A stretch of DNA of 64,000 nt, taken from assembly GCA_964493145.1 (NCBI GenBank), contig CAZBMV010000001.1, positions 169,812-233,811 of the forward strand, read 5' to 3'. The position numbers and the translations under genes were made by a program. The stretch is from an uncultured Candidatus Saccharibacteria bacterium (GTDB lineage Bacteria; Patescibacteriota; Minisyncoccia; Phycocordibacterales; UBA918). Shown one piece after another: positions 18,340 to 27,717 of the stretch (positions are counted from its first letter, which is position 1; each line of letters opens with the position of its first letter). The notes below the pieces were generated by a model. It saw nothing but the letters and a program-made list of their open reading frames with translations, had not been told where the DNA came from and did no database searches.

Positions 18340-18960
18340 GTGAAATTTATTTTAGGAACGAAGGAGCGCATGACTCAAGTGTTTGATACACGAGGTGTTG
18401 CGCACCCCGTCACGATTCTCCGTGTCACTCCTGCAAAAGTCACGCAGGTTCGCACGAAGGAGAAAGACGGGTACGAGGCCGTACAGATTGCTTCCGGTGC
18501 TCAGAAGAGCCACCGTGTGACCAAGGCACAAATAGGTCACTTGGGCGGAGCGTACCAAAATGTTGTGGAATTCAGGCCGCGAACAGGTACGGATGAATCT
18601 GTGTCAGGGTTCACGAAGGACGCATCACTTGACGTCTCTGTCTTTGCAGAAGGGGACTCGGTTTCTGTCTCTGCAATTTCAAAGGGTAAGGGTTTTCAGG
18701 GTTGTGTGAAACGCCATGGTTTCGCCGGAGGCCGTGCAAGTCACGGTAACAAAGACATGCTCCGCGCACCGGGTTCTATCGGTGCCACGGGCGCACAGCG
18801 CGTCTTCAAGGGGCTCCGCATGGCGGGGCGCATGGGGGGCGAGCGCATCACGGTGAAAAATTTAACGGTTGTCGCAGTCAACAAGGATGAAAACATCCTC
18901 CTTGTGTCGGGTGCGGTGCCGGGTCGACGAGGAACATTAGTAGAGGTTCGTAGCGTATAA
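18340..18960 (+). CDS. rplC: 50S ribosomal protein L3
   Basis: 206 aa typical L3. Confidence 0.93.
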   Translation: MKFILGTKERMTQVFDTRGVAHPVTILRVTPAKVTQVRTKEKDGYEAVQIASGAQKSHRVTKAQIGHLGGAYQNVVEFRPRTGTDESVSGFTKDASLDVSVFAEGDSVSVSAISKGKGFQGCVKRHGFAGGRASHGNKDMLRAPGSIGATGAQRVFKGLRMAGRMGGERITVKNLTVVAVNKDENILLVSGAVPGRRGTLVEVRSV

Positions 18961-18965
18961 ACAAC

Positions 18966-19673
18966 ATGAGTACAAAACTTGAAGCGAATGTCTATTCGCA
19001 AGAAGGGAACGAGGTTGCAACAATTGCACTTCCGGAGAACGTATTTGGTGTGGAGTGGAACGCTGACCTCGTACACGATGTCGTCGTCTCTATGCAGGGA
19101 AACGCGCGCTCAAATACCGCGCACACGAAGAACCGCAGTGAAGTCCGTGGCGGAGGTAAGAAACCATGGAAGCAAAAGGGAACGGGACGCGCACGTCACG
19201 GTTCAACACGCTCACCTATTTGGGTTGGCGGCGGTGTCGCACACGGCCCTCGCAATGAACGTGACTACTCACGTAAAATCAACAAGAACACGAAAGCGAA
19301 AGCACTTGCATCGGTACTCTCACACAAGTTTACCGAGGGTCGTGTCATCTTCGTTGATGCACTCACGTTCAAGGAACCAAAGACCGCTGATGCACGAAAG
19401 GTACTCACGGCGTTTGGAAAAATTGAGGGTGTGAAAGATATCAGCACGAAGCGAGCAAACGCAGCACTCATTGTCCTCTCCGGTCGTGACAGTGGTGCCG
19501 AACTCAGCTTCCGCAACATGGGGAACGTTCACGTGGTGAATGTAAAAGATGTAAACCCCGTTGCTTTACTCACGTATAAGTATGTCGTAGTCGCAAAACC
19601 TGAGGAATCACTCAAGGCACTCGTTGCCCGCGTGAGCACCAAAACGGCACGTAAGGCTATGACCCAGTCATAA
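18966..19673 (+). CDS. rplD: 50S ribosomal protein L4
   Basis: 235 aa; ..GGGKKPWKQKGTGRARHGS.. Confidence 0.93.
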   Translation: MSTKLEANVYSQEGNEVATIALPENVFGVEWNADLVHDVVVSMQGNARSNTAHTKNRSEVRGGGKKPWKQKGTGRARHGSTRSPIWVGGGVAHGPRNERDYSRKINKNTKAKALASVLSHKFTEGRVIFVDALTFKEPKTADARKVLTAFGKIEGVKDISTKRANAALIVLSGRDSGAELSFRNMGNVHVVNVKDVNPVALLTYKYVVVAKPEESLKALVARVSTKTARKAMTQS

Positions 19674-19674
19674 T

Positions 19675-20046
19675 ATGGGATTGTTTGGAACAAAAAAGAC
19701 TGACGCCACCACAGCATCTGAGGTGGTTCGCATGGCACAGGCACCGAAGGGTCCTGTTGCACCACGGAACATAGGTTCAGTTATCATGAAACCGCGCATT
19801 ACCGAAAAGGCGGCGCTCCTCGGAGAACAGAACGTGTACACGTTTGAAGTTCAAAAGGGTGCGACGAAGTTTGAGGTGCGCGATGCAGTAAAGGCACTCT
19901 ACAATGTGACACCGGTAAAGGTGCACATGGTACACAAGCGTCCTCGCCATTTCATGTCGCGTTCACGCGGTCGAGACATGATGGAACACGGATTACAAAA
20001 AGCGTACGTCTACTTGAAAAAGGGCGACCGCATTGAACTTGTCTAG
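19675..20046 (+). CDS. rplW: 50S ribosomal protein L23 (with N-terminal extension)
   Basis: core ..KPRITEKAALLGEQNVYTFEV.. typical L23. Confidence 0.9.
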   Translation: MGLFGTKKTDATTASEVVRMAQAPKGPVAPRNIGSVIMKPRITEKAALLGEQNVYTFEVQKGATKFEVRDAVKALYNVTPVKVHMVHKRPRHFMSRSRGRDMMEHGLQKAYVYLKKGDRIELV

Positions 20047-20181
20047 TAATACTTATGAGTGAAACGAATTAGTAGCACTTGACCCAGTGAAATACACAGC
20101 AAAGCTGTGTAGCGAGCAGAGCTCGCATTTCACCGGGTGTAAGAATTTCTAGTTCATCTCCATTCACAAGAAATATCTAAC

Positions 20182-21045
20182 ATGAAAAAATACAAACCAA
20201 CATCAGCAGGACGTCGCGGCATGACTGTTGTGTCATACGGCGAAGTTTTGACGAGTACAGCAAATGCGCCCCTCAAGCGTCTCACGAAGGGAGCGCGAAG
20301 CACGGGTGGACGTAACAGCCAAGGTCGTGTTACCAACTTTTACCGTGGCGGTGGACACAAGCGAACGTACCGAACGGTTGACTTCACGTACAACAAAAAG
20401 GACATTCCTGCAGTGGTAGAGTCCGTTGAGTACGATCCGTTTCGCTCAGGGTTCATCGCGCTTGTCCTCTACAAGGATGGTGAACGACGCTACGTACTCG
20501 CACCGAAGGGACTTGTGAAGGGGAGTGAATTTGTTGTTTCTGAAACAGCGAAAATCCAAGTTGGAAATCGTCTTCCCCTTAAAAACATCCCCGTCGGTAC
20601 GTTTGTGTTCAACGTTGAACTCAAGCCCGGTGCCGGCGCACGCATTGCACGTGGCGCAGGAACGTACGTAGAGGTTGTCGCGCAGGATGCCGAATACACA
20701 CTCATCAAACTTCCTTCATCGGAAATTCGTCGGGTACTCGGCACTGCATGGGCAACGATTGGTGCGGTCTCAAATGAAGAGTACCGTCTCATTACCTTGG
20801 GTAAGGCGGGGCGTGCACGCCACCGCGGTCTTCGTCCGAAGACGCGAGGAAGTGCGAGAAACGCCGTTGACCACCCATACGGAGGAGGTGAGGGTCGCGC
20901 ACCACGGGGACACAAGCACGCACGAACGATGCAGGGTCGTCCGACCGGAAAAGGTCAGAAGACACGTCGTCCGAAGAAGTATTCAAACGTCTTTATCGTT
21001 ACTCGCCGAAAGCCAGGAAAACTCATGGCGAATTCGGGCAAATAG
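20182..21045 (+). CDS. rplB: 50S ribosomal protein L2
   Basis: 287 aa typical L2. Confidence 0.95.
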   Translation: MKKYKPTSAGRRGMTVVSYGEVLTSTANAPLKRLTKGARSTGGRNSQGRVTNFYRGGGHKRTYRTVDFTYNKKDIPAVVESVEYDPFRSGFIALVLYKDGERRYVLAPKGLVKGSEFVVSETAKIQVGNRLPLKNIPVGTFVFNVELKPGAGARIARGAGTYVEVVAQDAEYTLIKLPSSEIRRVLGTAWATIGAVSNEEYRLITLGKAGRARHRGLRPKTRGSARNAVDHPYGGGEGRAPRGHKHARTMQGRPTGKGQKTRRPKKYSNVFIVTRRKPGKLMANSGK

Positions 21046-21076
21046 GCAAATAACAGAGAGTATACTTTGGAATACA

Positions 21077-21106
21077 AAACCCGCGGCCGTAGGCCGCGGG
21101 TTTTGC
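21077..21106 (+). terminator. hairpin AAACCCGCGGCCgtagGCCGCGGGTTT + TTTT after rplB
   Basis: read directly. Confidence 0.55.
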
Positions 21107-21130
21107 GTTGTAGAGCACACGGTGGTGCTG

Positions 21131-21159
21131 TTGACTTATTTTTGGACTTCGCGTACTAT
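21131..21159 (+). promoter_or_regulatory. sigma70-like promoter TTGACT-N17-TACTAT inside the S10 operon, upstream of rpsS
   Basis: read directly. Confidence 0.45.
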
Positions 21160-21317
21160 AGCCCTCGTTCAGAACCCTCGCGACAGAAACTCCTCTGGGA
21201 TCTGTCGCAAGAAGTTGTGAGTATTTCGTGTGGCACTGGCCGTTACCTGTTGCAACACGAGGTTCTCACCACAGTTTAGGTGGTAACCCGTATGCGCACA
21301 CGCGCTTTTTAATTCAT

Positions 21318-21659
21318 ATGTCACGATCACTTTACAAAGGGCCATATATTAATGAAAAAATCCTGAAGAAGATTCAGGGCAAGAAGCCTGAGAACACGGG
21401 CGAAATTAAGGTGTGGGACCGAGCATCGGTCATTTCTCCGGAAATGGTCGGATTTACCTTTGGTGTCCACAATGGAAAAGCCCACGTTGCAGTCTTTGTG
21501 ACTGAAGAAATGGTCGGACACCGCCTTGGTGAATTTTCTCCGACGAAGAAGTTCCTTCGCCATGGAGGAAAGATGCAAAAGGAGCTTGAGACAAAGCGAA
21601 AGGAAGCTGAAGTTGCAGCAGCAAAGGCGGCAAAGGCATCTCCCGCTGATAAAAAGTAG
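21318..21659 (+). CDS. rpsS: 30S ribosomal protein S19 (Lys/Ala-rich C-terminal extension)
   Basis: [16 protein letters not shown].. typical S19; ORF track begins 90 nt earlier. Confidence 0.9.
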   Translation: MSRSLYKGPYINEKILKKIQGKKPENTGEIKVWDRASVISPEMVGFTFGVHNGKAHVAVFVTEEMVGHRLGEFSPTKKFLRHGGKMQKELETKRKEAEVAAAKAAKASPADKK

Positions 21660-21674
21660 TCACCCTGTGAAATT

Positions 21675-21998
21675 ATGAAAGCAATACTCAAAAATTATCG
21701 TCAGTCACCGCGCAAGGTTCGTCTCATCGCCGATGTTGTGCGTGGAAAGAAAGTTGAAAAGGCGCTTGAAACGCTCTCGTTCATGAACAAGCGCGCCGCT
21801 GTCCCATTTACAAAACTCATCAAGTCAGCCGTTGCGAATGCACAGTCACAGGGCATTGACACCAAGTCGCTCATTGTGAAGACGGTCGCGGTTGACAAGG
21901 GGACTGTCCTCAAGCGGTTTATGCCACGCGCCCGAGGTTCTGCGGCACGTATCAACAAGCGCAACAGCCACCTCAAGGTTGAACTCGGCACTAAGTAA
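21675..21998 (+). CDS. rplV: 50S ribosomal protein L22
   Basis: 107 aa typical L22. Confidence 0.92.
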   Translation: MKAILKNYRQSPRKVRLIADVVRGKKVEKALETLSFMNKRAAVPFTKLIKSAVANAQSQGIDTKSLIVKTVAVDKGTVLKRFMPRARGSAARINKRNSHLKVELGTK

Positions 21999-22038
21999 TC
22001 CATTCATTATTATTGTTTTTGAATTTTAGATTAACTAT

Positions 22039-22764
22039 ATGACACACGTCGCACACCCATACGTTCAGCGCCTCGGAGTCATTCGTGAGTGGAAGTCACG
22101 ATGGTTTGCCGGTGACCCAAAGAAGTATCGCGAGTATATCCGTACCGATGGTGCCGTTCGCGCATTTCTCGCAAAGAAACTTCGCAACCTCCACGTTTCA
22201 AATGTTGAAATTGAGCGCAACGAGAAGATTTTTCGTGTCATCATCAGCACGTCACGACCAGGCCTCATCATTGGCCGAAGCGGTGAGGGTGCAACGAAAC
22301 TCCGCAAAGAAATTGACATGCTTCTCCGAACACTCAAACTCACCGAGAAGCCGGAGATTAAGATTGATATTGAAGAGGTACGCTCACCAGAATCCAGCGC
22401 ATCAATCGTCGGACAGATGGTTGTAGAGGGACTTGAGAAGCGTATGCCGTTCCGTCGTGTCATGAAGCAGACAGCTGAAAAGGTAATGGCGAATCGCGAC
22501 GTAAAGGGCGTGCGCATCATCAGTTCAGGTCGTCTCGGTGGCGCAGAAATGGCACGCAAGGAGGAAATTAAAAAAGGACGCATTCCGCTCCAGACACTCC
22601 GCGCAGACATTGATTTTGCGCGTGAGAAGGCAATTCTCCCGTATGGTTCAATTGGCGTAAAGGTATGGATTTACCGTGGCGATATTTTTGCAGACCGTCG
22701 AGCGAAGGCAGAGGAAAAGGGTGGCGAGTCAAAGGAGCGACGAGCACCTCGTAATCGTGGGTAA
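22039..22764 (+). CDS. rpsC: 30S ribosomal protein S3
   Basis: 241 aa; KH domain + S3 C-terminal domain. Confidence 0.93.
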   Translation: MTHVAHPYVQRLGVIREWKSRWFAGDPKKYREYIRTDGAVRAFLAKKLRNLHVSNVEIERNEKIFRVIISTSRPGLIIGRSGEGATKLRKEIDMLLRTLKLTEKPEIKIDIEEVRSPESSASIVGQMVVEGLEKRMPFRRVMKQTAEKVMANRDVKGVRIISSGRLGGAEMARKEEIKKGRIPLQTLRADIDFAREKAILPYGSIGVKVWIYRGDIFADRRAKAEEKGGESKERRAPRNRG

Positions 22765-22771
22765 TTAATTT

Positions 22772-23212
22772 TTGCATATGTTGTTTCCTAAGAAAGTTAA
22801 ACACAGAAAGTGGCAAACGGGACGTAAGCACCCTGATCGCCTTAAGGCACCCGAGACACGCGGTACTGAAGTTTCCTTTGGCTCATTCGGCCTCAAAGCA
22901 CAGTCACAGTCACGCGTGAAGAGTAACCAAATAGAAGCGGCACGCCGTGTTATCTCACGAACGCTCGGTAAGACGGGTAAAATCTGGATTCGTATTTTCC
23001 CTGATAAGCCCGTAACGAAGAAGGCGGCAGAGGTTCCGATGGGAAAGGGCAAGGGTGATCCGGACCACTTCATCTTTGAGGTGCGCCCCGGTCGCATCCT
23101 CTTTGAGGTTGATGGTGTGCCCGAGGCGACAGCGCGCGAGGCGTTCCGTAAGGCAACCGCAAAACTTCCGGTAAAGGCGAAGGTCGTTAGTCGTGAAGAA
23201 ACGCGCGTGTAA
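22772..23212 (+). CDS. rplP: 50S ribosomal protein L16
   Basis: ..KKVKHRKWQTGRK.. typical L16. Confidence 0.93.
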   Translation: MHMLFPKKVKHRKWQTGRKHPDRLKAPETRGTEVSFGSFGLKAQSQSRVKSNQIEAARRVISRTLGKTGKIWIRIFPDKPVTKKAAEVPMGKGKGDPDHFIFEVRPGRILFEVDGVPEATAREAFRKATAKLPVKAKVVSREETRV

Positions 23213-23412
23213 TGAGTATGCATATGTCTGAAATACAAAAAAAGAATGATGCTGACCTCGTAAAATTTATCAGCGAGAAGCGCACCGAACTTCACAAACT
23301 CCGATTCGGACTCACGGGAAGCGGCATGCGCAACACACACGCAATCAGGAATGTCCGTCGTGAGATTGCGCAGGCACTCACCGAACTTAGTACACGGAGT
23401 AACAACGCATAA
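23212..23412 (+). CDS. rpmC: 50S ribosomal protein L29
   Basis: 66 aa typical L29 (start may be 12 nt downstream at MSEIQ). Confidence 0.85.
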   Translation: MSMHMSEIQKKNDADLVKFISEKRTELHKLRFGLTGSGMRNTHAIRNVRREIAQALTELSTRSNNA

Positions 23413-23431
23413 GGAGCACTGATACATTATT

Positions 23432-23695
23432 ATGACAACAGAACACACAACAAACGAGACAACAAAGGGCGGACGCGTTCTCCGCGGTACCGTTGTTTCT
23501 ACGAAGATGCAGGACACCATCACGGTCGCTGTTGAGCGCTACGTTATGCACCCGAAGTACAAGAAGTTCATGCGTCGTACCAAGAAGTACCTGGTGGACG
23601 ACAAGGGCAACACCGCAAAAGACGGGGAAAAGGTCGAAATTCGCGAGACAAGACCCATCTCAAAGCGCAAACATTTTGAGCTCGTTAAGGGGTAA
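23432..23695 (+). CDS. rpsQ: 30S ribosomal protein S17
   Basis: 87 aa typical S17. Confidence 0.9.
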   Translation: MTTEHTTNETTKGGRVLRGTVVSTKMQDTITVAVERYVMHPKYKKFMRRTKKYLVDDKGNTAKDGEKVEIRETRPISKRKHFELVKG

Positions 23696-23713
23696 TCACC
23701 TAAATACACACGT

Positions 23714-24085
23714 ATGATTCAAGATCGTTCAATCGTTAAGATAACAGACAACTCAGGCGGTAAGATTGGCCGCGTATTCAAGGTGCTCGGCGGTTCAAAG
23801 AAGCGATATGCGGAGCTAGGCGAACTTGTTGTACTTTCAATTCAAACCGCAGAACCGCGAAAGCAGGTGAAGAAGAAGGATGTCGTGTACGGTGTGGTTG
23901 TTCGACAGGTGAAGCCATTTCGTCGCAAGGACGGTTCATACGTCAGTTTTGACGATAACGCCGTCGTGTTGGTCGACAAGGAAAAGAAGGAGCCAAAGGC
24001 GAACCGCGTATTCGGCCCTATTCCACGCGAACTTGCAGAAGCCGGATACCAGAAAATCGTCTCACTCGCACCTGAGGTCGTGTAA
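23714..24085 (+). CDS. rplN: 50S ribosomal protein L14
   Basis: 123 aa typical L14. Confidence 0.95.
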   Translation: MIQDRSIVKITDNSGGKIGRVFKVLGGSKKRYAELGELVVLSIQTAEPRKQVKKKDVVYGVVVRQVKPFRRKDGSYVSFDDNAVVLVDKEKKEPKANRVFGPIPRELAEAGYQKIVSLAPEVV

Positions 24086-24105
24086 TCACCACTAATTTTT
24101 TGTAT

Positions 24106-24426
24106 ATGAAGATTAAGAAAGGAGATACTGTCATTGTGACGACAGGAAAAGATAAAGGAAAAGAGGGTGCTGTCGTACGCAGTTTCCCAAAGCAGAACAA
24201 GGTTCTCATTGAAGGTGTCGGTGTGGTGCATCGCCATCAGAAGTCAAAGCGACGCGGTTCACAGGGGCAGATTGTTGAAAAGCCAATGCCAATTTCTGTT
24301 TCAAACGTTGCCCTCAAGGATGCAAAGACGGGTAAACCGACACGCGTCGGCTACATGATTGAAGGCGAGGGGAAGAATGCAAAAAAAGTTCGTGTTGCAC
24401 GCGCGTCGGGTGAGAAGATCAAATAG
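24106..24426 (+). CDS. rplX: 50S ribosomal protein L24
   Basis: MKIKKGDTVIVTTGKDKGKEG typical L24 (KOW). Confidence 0.92.
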   Translation: MKIKKGDTVIVTTGKDKGKEGAVVRSFPKQNKVLIEGVGVVHRHQKSKRRGSQGQIVEKPMPISVSNVALKDAKTGKPTRVGYMIEGEGKNAKKVRVARASGEKIK

Positions 24427-24441
24427 TAATTTTGTAATCAT

Positions 24442-25014
24442 TTGATCCATATGAAAACAATGAAAGAAACAGTACAGGGCACCTACGAAGCACTAAAGGG
24501 TACGTTTGGGTACACGAACAAGATGCAGGCACCTCGGATTGAAAAGGTGGTTATTTCTACGGGTACGGGTAAGATTCAGGACAAACAGAAAATCAAACTC
24601 ATTGAAGACCGTCTCGCGCGCATTACCGGACAAAAGGCGATTGCACGTCCTGCGAAGAAATCTATTGCGTCATTCAAACTTCGTGAGGGCGACGTCATCG
24701 GTTTCCAAGCGACACTCCGTGGCCAGCGAATGAATGATTTCCTCTTCAAACTCATCCACCTCGCACTCCCGCAAACTCGTGACTTCCGCGGGCTCAAGGT
24801 TGACGCGATAGACGAAATGGGAAACTACACCATCGGTATTCGTGAGCACACCATTTTCCCTGAAACGGCTGACGAAGAAATTAAAGATGTGTTCGGACTT
24901 TCGGTGACCATTGTGACGACCGCAAAGACTCGCAAAGAGGCAGAGGCATTCCTTCGCCACATAGGTCTTCCACTAAAGGCGGATACGGTGAACAAAACCA
25001 AGACAAAAAAATAA
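24442..25014 (+). CDS. rplE: 50S ribosomal protein L5
   Basis: 190 aa; ..MQAPRIEKVVISTGTGK.. typical L5. Confidence 0.93.
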   Translation: MIHMKTMKETVQGTYEALKGTFGYTNKMQAPRIEKVVISTGTGKIQDKQKIKLIEDRLARITGQKAIARPAKKSIASFKLREGDVIGFQATLRGQRMNDFLFKLIHLALPQTRDFRGLKVDAIDEMGNYTIGIREHTIFPETADEEIKDVFGLSVTIVTTAKTRKEAEAFLRHIGLPLKADTVNKTKTKK

Positions 25015-25094
25015 CCAGGAAAAAATAAGTGAGTACGAAAAACTGTACAAATAGGCAACACTATTGTTGCCCACAGATGTGCTATTTTGAGGTG

Positions 25095-25122
25095 TTGAAA
25101 CGCTTAAGCAAGGTTCTATAAT
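25095..25122 (+). promoter_or_regulatory. strong sigma70-like promoter TTGAAA-N16-TATAAT driving the inserted secreted-protein gene
   Basis: read directly. Confidence 0.55.
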
Positions 25123-25157
25123 ACCATAAGTAAGGTATTATTTCTAATTAATTTTTT

Positions 25158-26162
25158 ATGAAAAGCACAGTATCTGGATTTTTCTGTACATTTGCTATAG
25201 CGATGCTTTTTGCATTACCAACTCAAATACAAGCGCAAACGGTTGCGACACCAACAATTGAAGAACTACGACAGCAAATCGCTGATTTGACTAGAATACT
25301 TAACCATCTTCTCTCAAATCAGTCCAAACAATCAAATTCAAGTGCTACGATTTCTACCACACAGGGTAATATGTGTAATTATGCACGCTCTATTACAAAA
25401 ACTCTCGCACAAGGAATGGTTGACCCACAAGTGACAATTCTTCAAAAATTTCTTAATCTGTCTGGCATACCTGTGGCAGTAAGTGGGCAGGGTTCGTCTG
25501 GGAATGAGACAAACTACTTTGGTCAAGGAACGAAATACGCTGTGCAATTGTGGCAAACAAAAAACAATGTGGTTTCCAGTGGTACACCTGAAACCACTGG
25601 CTATGGTGTTGTCGGTATGAGGACAAGGACAGCAATGCAAACGGTAAGTTGTAATACAGTTCCACAAAATGATAATGACATCGTGTGTACCACAGATGCA
25701 CGACGTTGCCCAGATGGTTCATACGTCTCGCGCGTCGCACCTACGTGTGAGTTCGCTGCATGTCCTGCAATTCCAACAGCATCAATCACAAGCAACCTTA
25801 CTGCAACAGTAAATAAAGCAAAGATTATTTCAGGTACCGCTACAAATGTTAACTCAGTTTACATGGTCATAACTAGGCCAAACGGAAGTGTTATTAATAC
25901 CGACATTGCGGTAGCAAATGGCTTGTGGTCGTATAACTATCCAGCAAGTACGTTTACTGTTGCAGGTAATTACCTTATAACTATTCGCGCTAATACGTAC
26001 AACGGTACCATACTCACTACTGGTACGTTAGTAGTAAGTAGTGATGACATCGTGTGTACCACAGATGCACGACGTTGCCCAGATGGTTCATACGTCTCGC
26101 GCGTCGCACCTACGTGTGAGTTCGCTGCATGTCCTGCAGGTTCCGGTAGTTCCGGTTGGTAA
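25158..26162 (+). CDS. secreted protein with peptidoglycan-binding (PG_binding_1-like) domain, Ig-like region and two identical Cys-rich modules
   Basis: signal peptide MKSTVSGFFCTFAIAMLFALPTQIQAQ; ..TILQKFLNLSGIPVAVSGQGSSGNETNYFGQGTKYAVQLWQ.. PG-binding-like; DDIVCTTDARRCPDGSYVSRVAPTCEFAACPA repeated twice. Confidence 0.6.
   Translation: MKSTVSGFFCTFAIAMLFALPTQIQAQTVATPTIEELRQQIADLTRILNHLLSNQSKQSNSSATISTTQGNMCNYARSITKTLAQGMVDPQVTILQKFLNLSGIPVAVSGQGSSGNETNYFGQGTKYAVQLWQTKNNVVSSGTPETTGYGVVGMRTRTAMQTVSCNTVPQNDNDIVCTTDARRCPDGSYVSRVAPTCEFAACPAIPTASITSNLTATVNKAKIISGTATNVNSVYMVITRPNGSVINTDIAVANGLWSYNYPASTFTVAGNYLITIRANTYNGTILTTGTLVVSSDDIVCTTDARRCPDGSYVSRVAPTCEFAACPAGSGSSGW
25675..25769 (+). repeat. 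95-bp exact direct repeat copy 1 (second copy 26044..26138) encoding the Cys-rich module
   Basis: identical nucleotide strings read directly; 369-bp period. Confidence 0.85.
26044..26138 (+). repeat. 95-bp exact direct repeat copy 2
   Basis: identical to 25675..25769. Confidence 0.85.
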
Positions 26163-26541
26163 TTACGGTATATTCTGAGGATGTAATAAAATGTTCCCAA
26201 ATGGGTTGTCTGTTGAACGTATGTCATCTACACGTGACTCTGTTCAGTGTATGTAACAGGAGCAATTAATTCTGAGCGTAGCCAATTATTATTTAGCGAC
26301 TAGTGCAAATAACTCTACAGTACTTTGACTTTGTTCTCGTTTTCACGTATATTTTCACCCGTAGCGATATTCGCATACTCTCGTGTATCCCATAGGGAAA
26401 CTTGAGACGCGCCGATCCACCTTCCCCTTACGGGGAACGATGGTAAGCGAGTTTTTCTGAGTATTGCGTAAGGAGAGAACGGTCACCACATCTTGGTGAG
26501 ACCACTTTCATTCCGATGGTAACGCTTCCTTTATCAACCAT

Positions 26542-26760
26542 ATGCCCGTTTTCATACGGGCTAACGTACAAACTGTGGCAAGAAAATCAGTGAAGTTACG
26601 AGCGGTTCGTCCGCCAAAGTTCAAGAGCCAAGTCGTGCGCCGATGCTTCAAGTGCGGTCGAAAGCGTGGGTACATGCGAGATTTTGACATGTGCAGAATC
26701 TGTTTCCGTGAGGCGGCTCACGAAGGACACATACCAGGCATTAAGAAATCATCATGGTAA
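26542..26760 (+). CDS. rpsZ: 30S ribosomal protein S14 type Z (zinc-binding short form)
   Basis: ..KFKSQVVRRCFKCGRKRGYMRDFDMCRICFREAAHEGHIPGIKKSSW; CxxC...CxxC; true start may be in-frame GTG at 26575. Confidence 0.85.
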   Translation: MPVFIRANVQTVARKSVKLRAVRPPKFKSQVVRRCFKCGRKRGYMRDFDMCRICFREAAHEGHIPGIKKSSW

Positions 26761-27149
26761 ACGATCCGGTAGGAGATTTCATCATCCAGCTTAAGAATGC
26801 AGGGATGGTAGGGAAAAAGTCAGTGAGTATTCCGTACTCAAAGCTGAAGCACGCTATTGCGAATAAGCTTGTGGAAGCGGGTTTCATTGCAAGCGCGGAA
26901 AAGTACGGCAAGAAGGTAAAGAAAACGCTTGATGTCGTTCTCAAGTACGAGAATGACGGTACGCACGCAATCAGAGGCGTGAAGCGGGTTTCAAAGCCGG
27001 GTCGACGTCTGTACGTGGGGGTTGCGGAAATTTTCCCCGTGAAATTCGGAAAAGGAAAGCGCATTCTCTCAACGCCGGTAGGAATCCTCACCGGTGAAGA
27101 AGCTCGCGAGAAGAATGTCGGTGGCGAGGAACTATTCATCATTTGGTAA
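26754..27149 (+). CDS. rpsH: 30S ribosomal protein S8
   Basis: 131 aa typical S8. Confidence 0.93.
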   Translation: MVNDPVGDFIIQLKNAGMVGKKSVSIPYSKLKHAIANKLVEAGFIASAEKYGKKVKKTLDVVLKYENDGTHAIRGVKRVSKPGRRLYVGVAEIFPVKFGKGKRILSTPVGILTGEEAREKNVGGEELFIIW

Positions 27150-27159
27150 TGCAACAATT

Positions 27160-27696
27160 ATGAGCAGATTAGGAAAACAACCAATTCATATTCCCGCACA
27201 AGTTGAGGTGACCTGTACAGATGGCACGCTCACGGTGAAGGGACCGAAGGGTGAACTCACGCGACAGGTTACGGGGGATATTTCTATTGTCGTTGAAAAC
27301 GGCGTTGTCACCGTCACGAAAAACAAGGATACACGAGAGTCTCGCGCACTTTGGGGAACGTACGCCGCACACCTCCTCAACATGGTTGAGGGTGTTACAC
27401 AGGGGTTCACAAAAATTCTTGAGGTAGAGGGTGTCGGGTACAAGGCGGATGCGCAGAACGGCAAGATAAAACTTTCTGTGGGGTTTTCTCACCCCGTTGA
27501 ACTCGTCGCACCGAAGGGTGTGGAGGTTAAGACCGAGAGTGGCGTCATTACCGTGAGCGGCATTGATAAGGAAGCCGTCGGACAATTTGCCGCAGACATC
27601 AGAAAAATGAAGAAGCCGGAGCCATACAAGGGCAAGGGTATCCGTTACCGTGGCGAGTACATTATCAGAAAGCAGGGTAAGAAGGGTGCTGCGTAA
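27160..27696 (+). CDS. rplF: 50S ribosomal protein L6
   Basis: MSRLGKQPIHIPAQVEV.. typical L6 (ORF track starts 66 nt earlier). Confidence 0.92.
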   Translation: MSRLGKQPIHIPAQVEVTCTDGTLTVKGPKGELTRQVTGDISIVVENGVVTVTKNKDTRESRALWGTYAAHLLNMVEGVTQGFTKILEVEGVGYKADAQNGKIKLSVGFSHPVELVAPKGVEVKTESGVITVSGIDKEAVGQFAADIRKMKKPEPYKGKGIRYRGEYIIRKQGKKGAA

Positions 27697-27717
27697 TCGC
27701 GCGCTTAGAAACGTACT

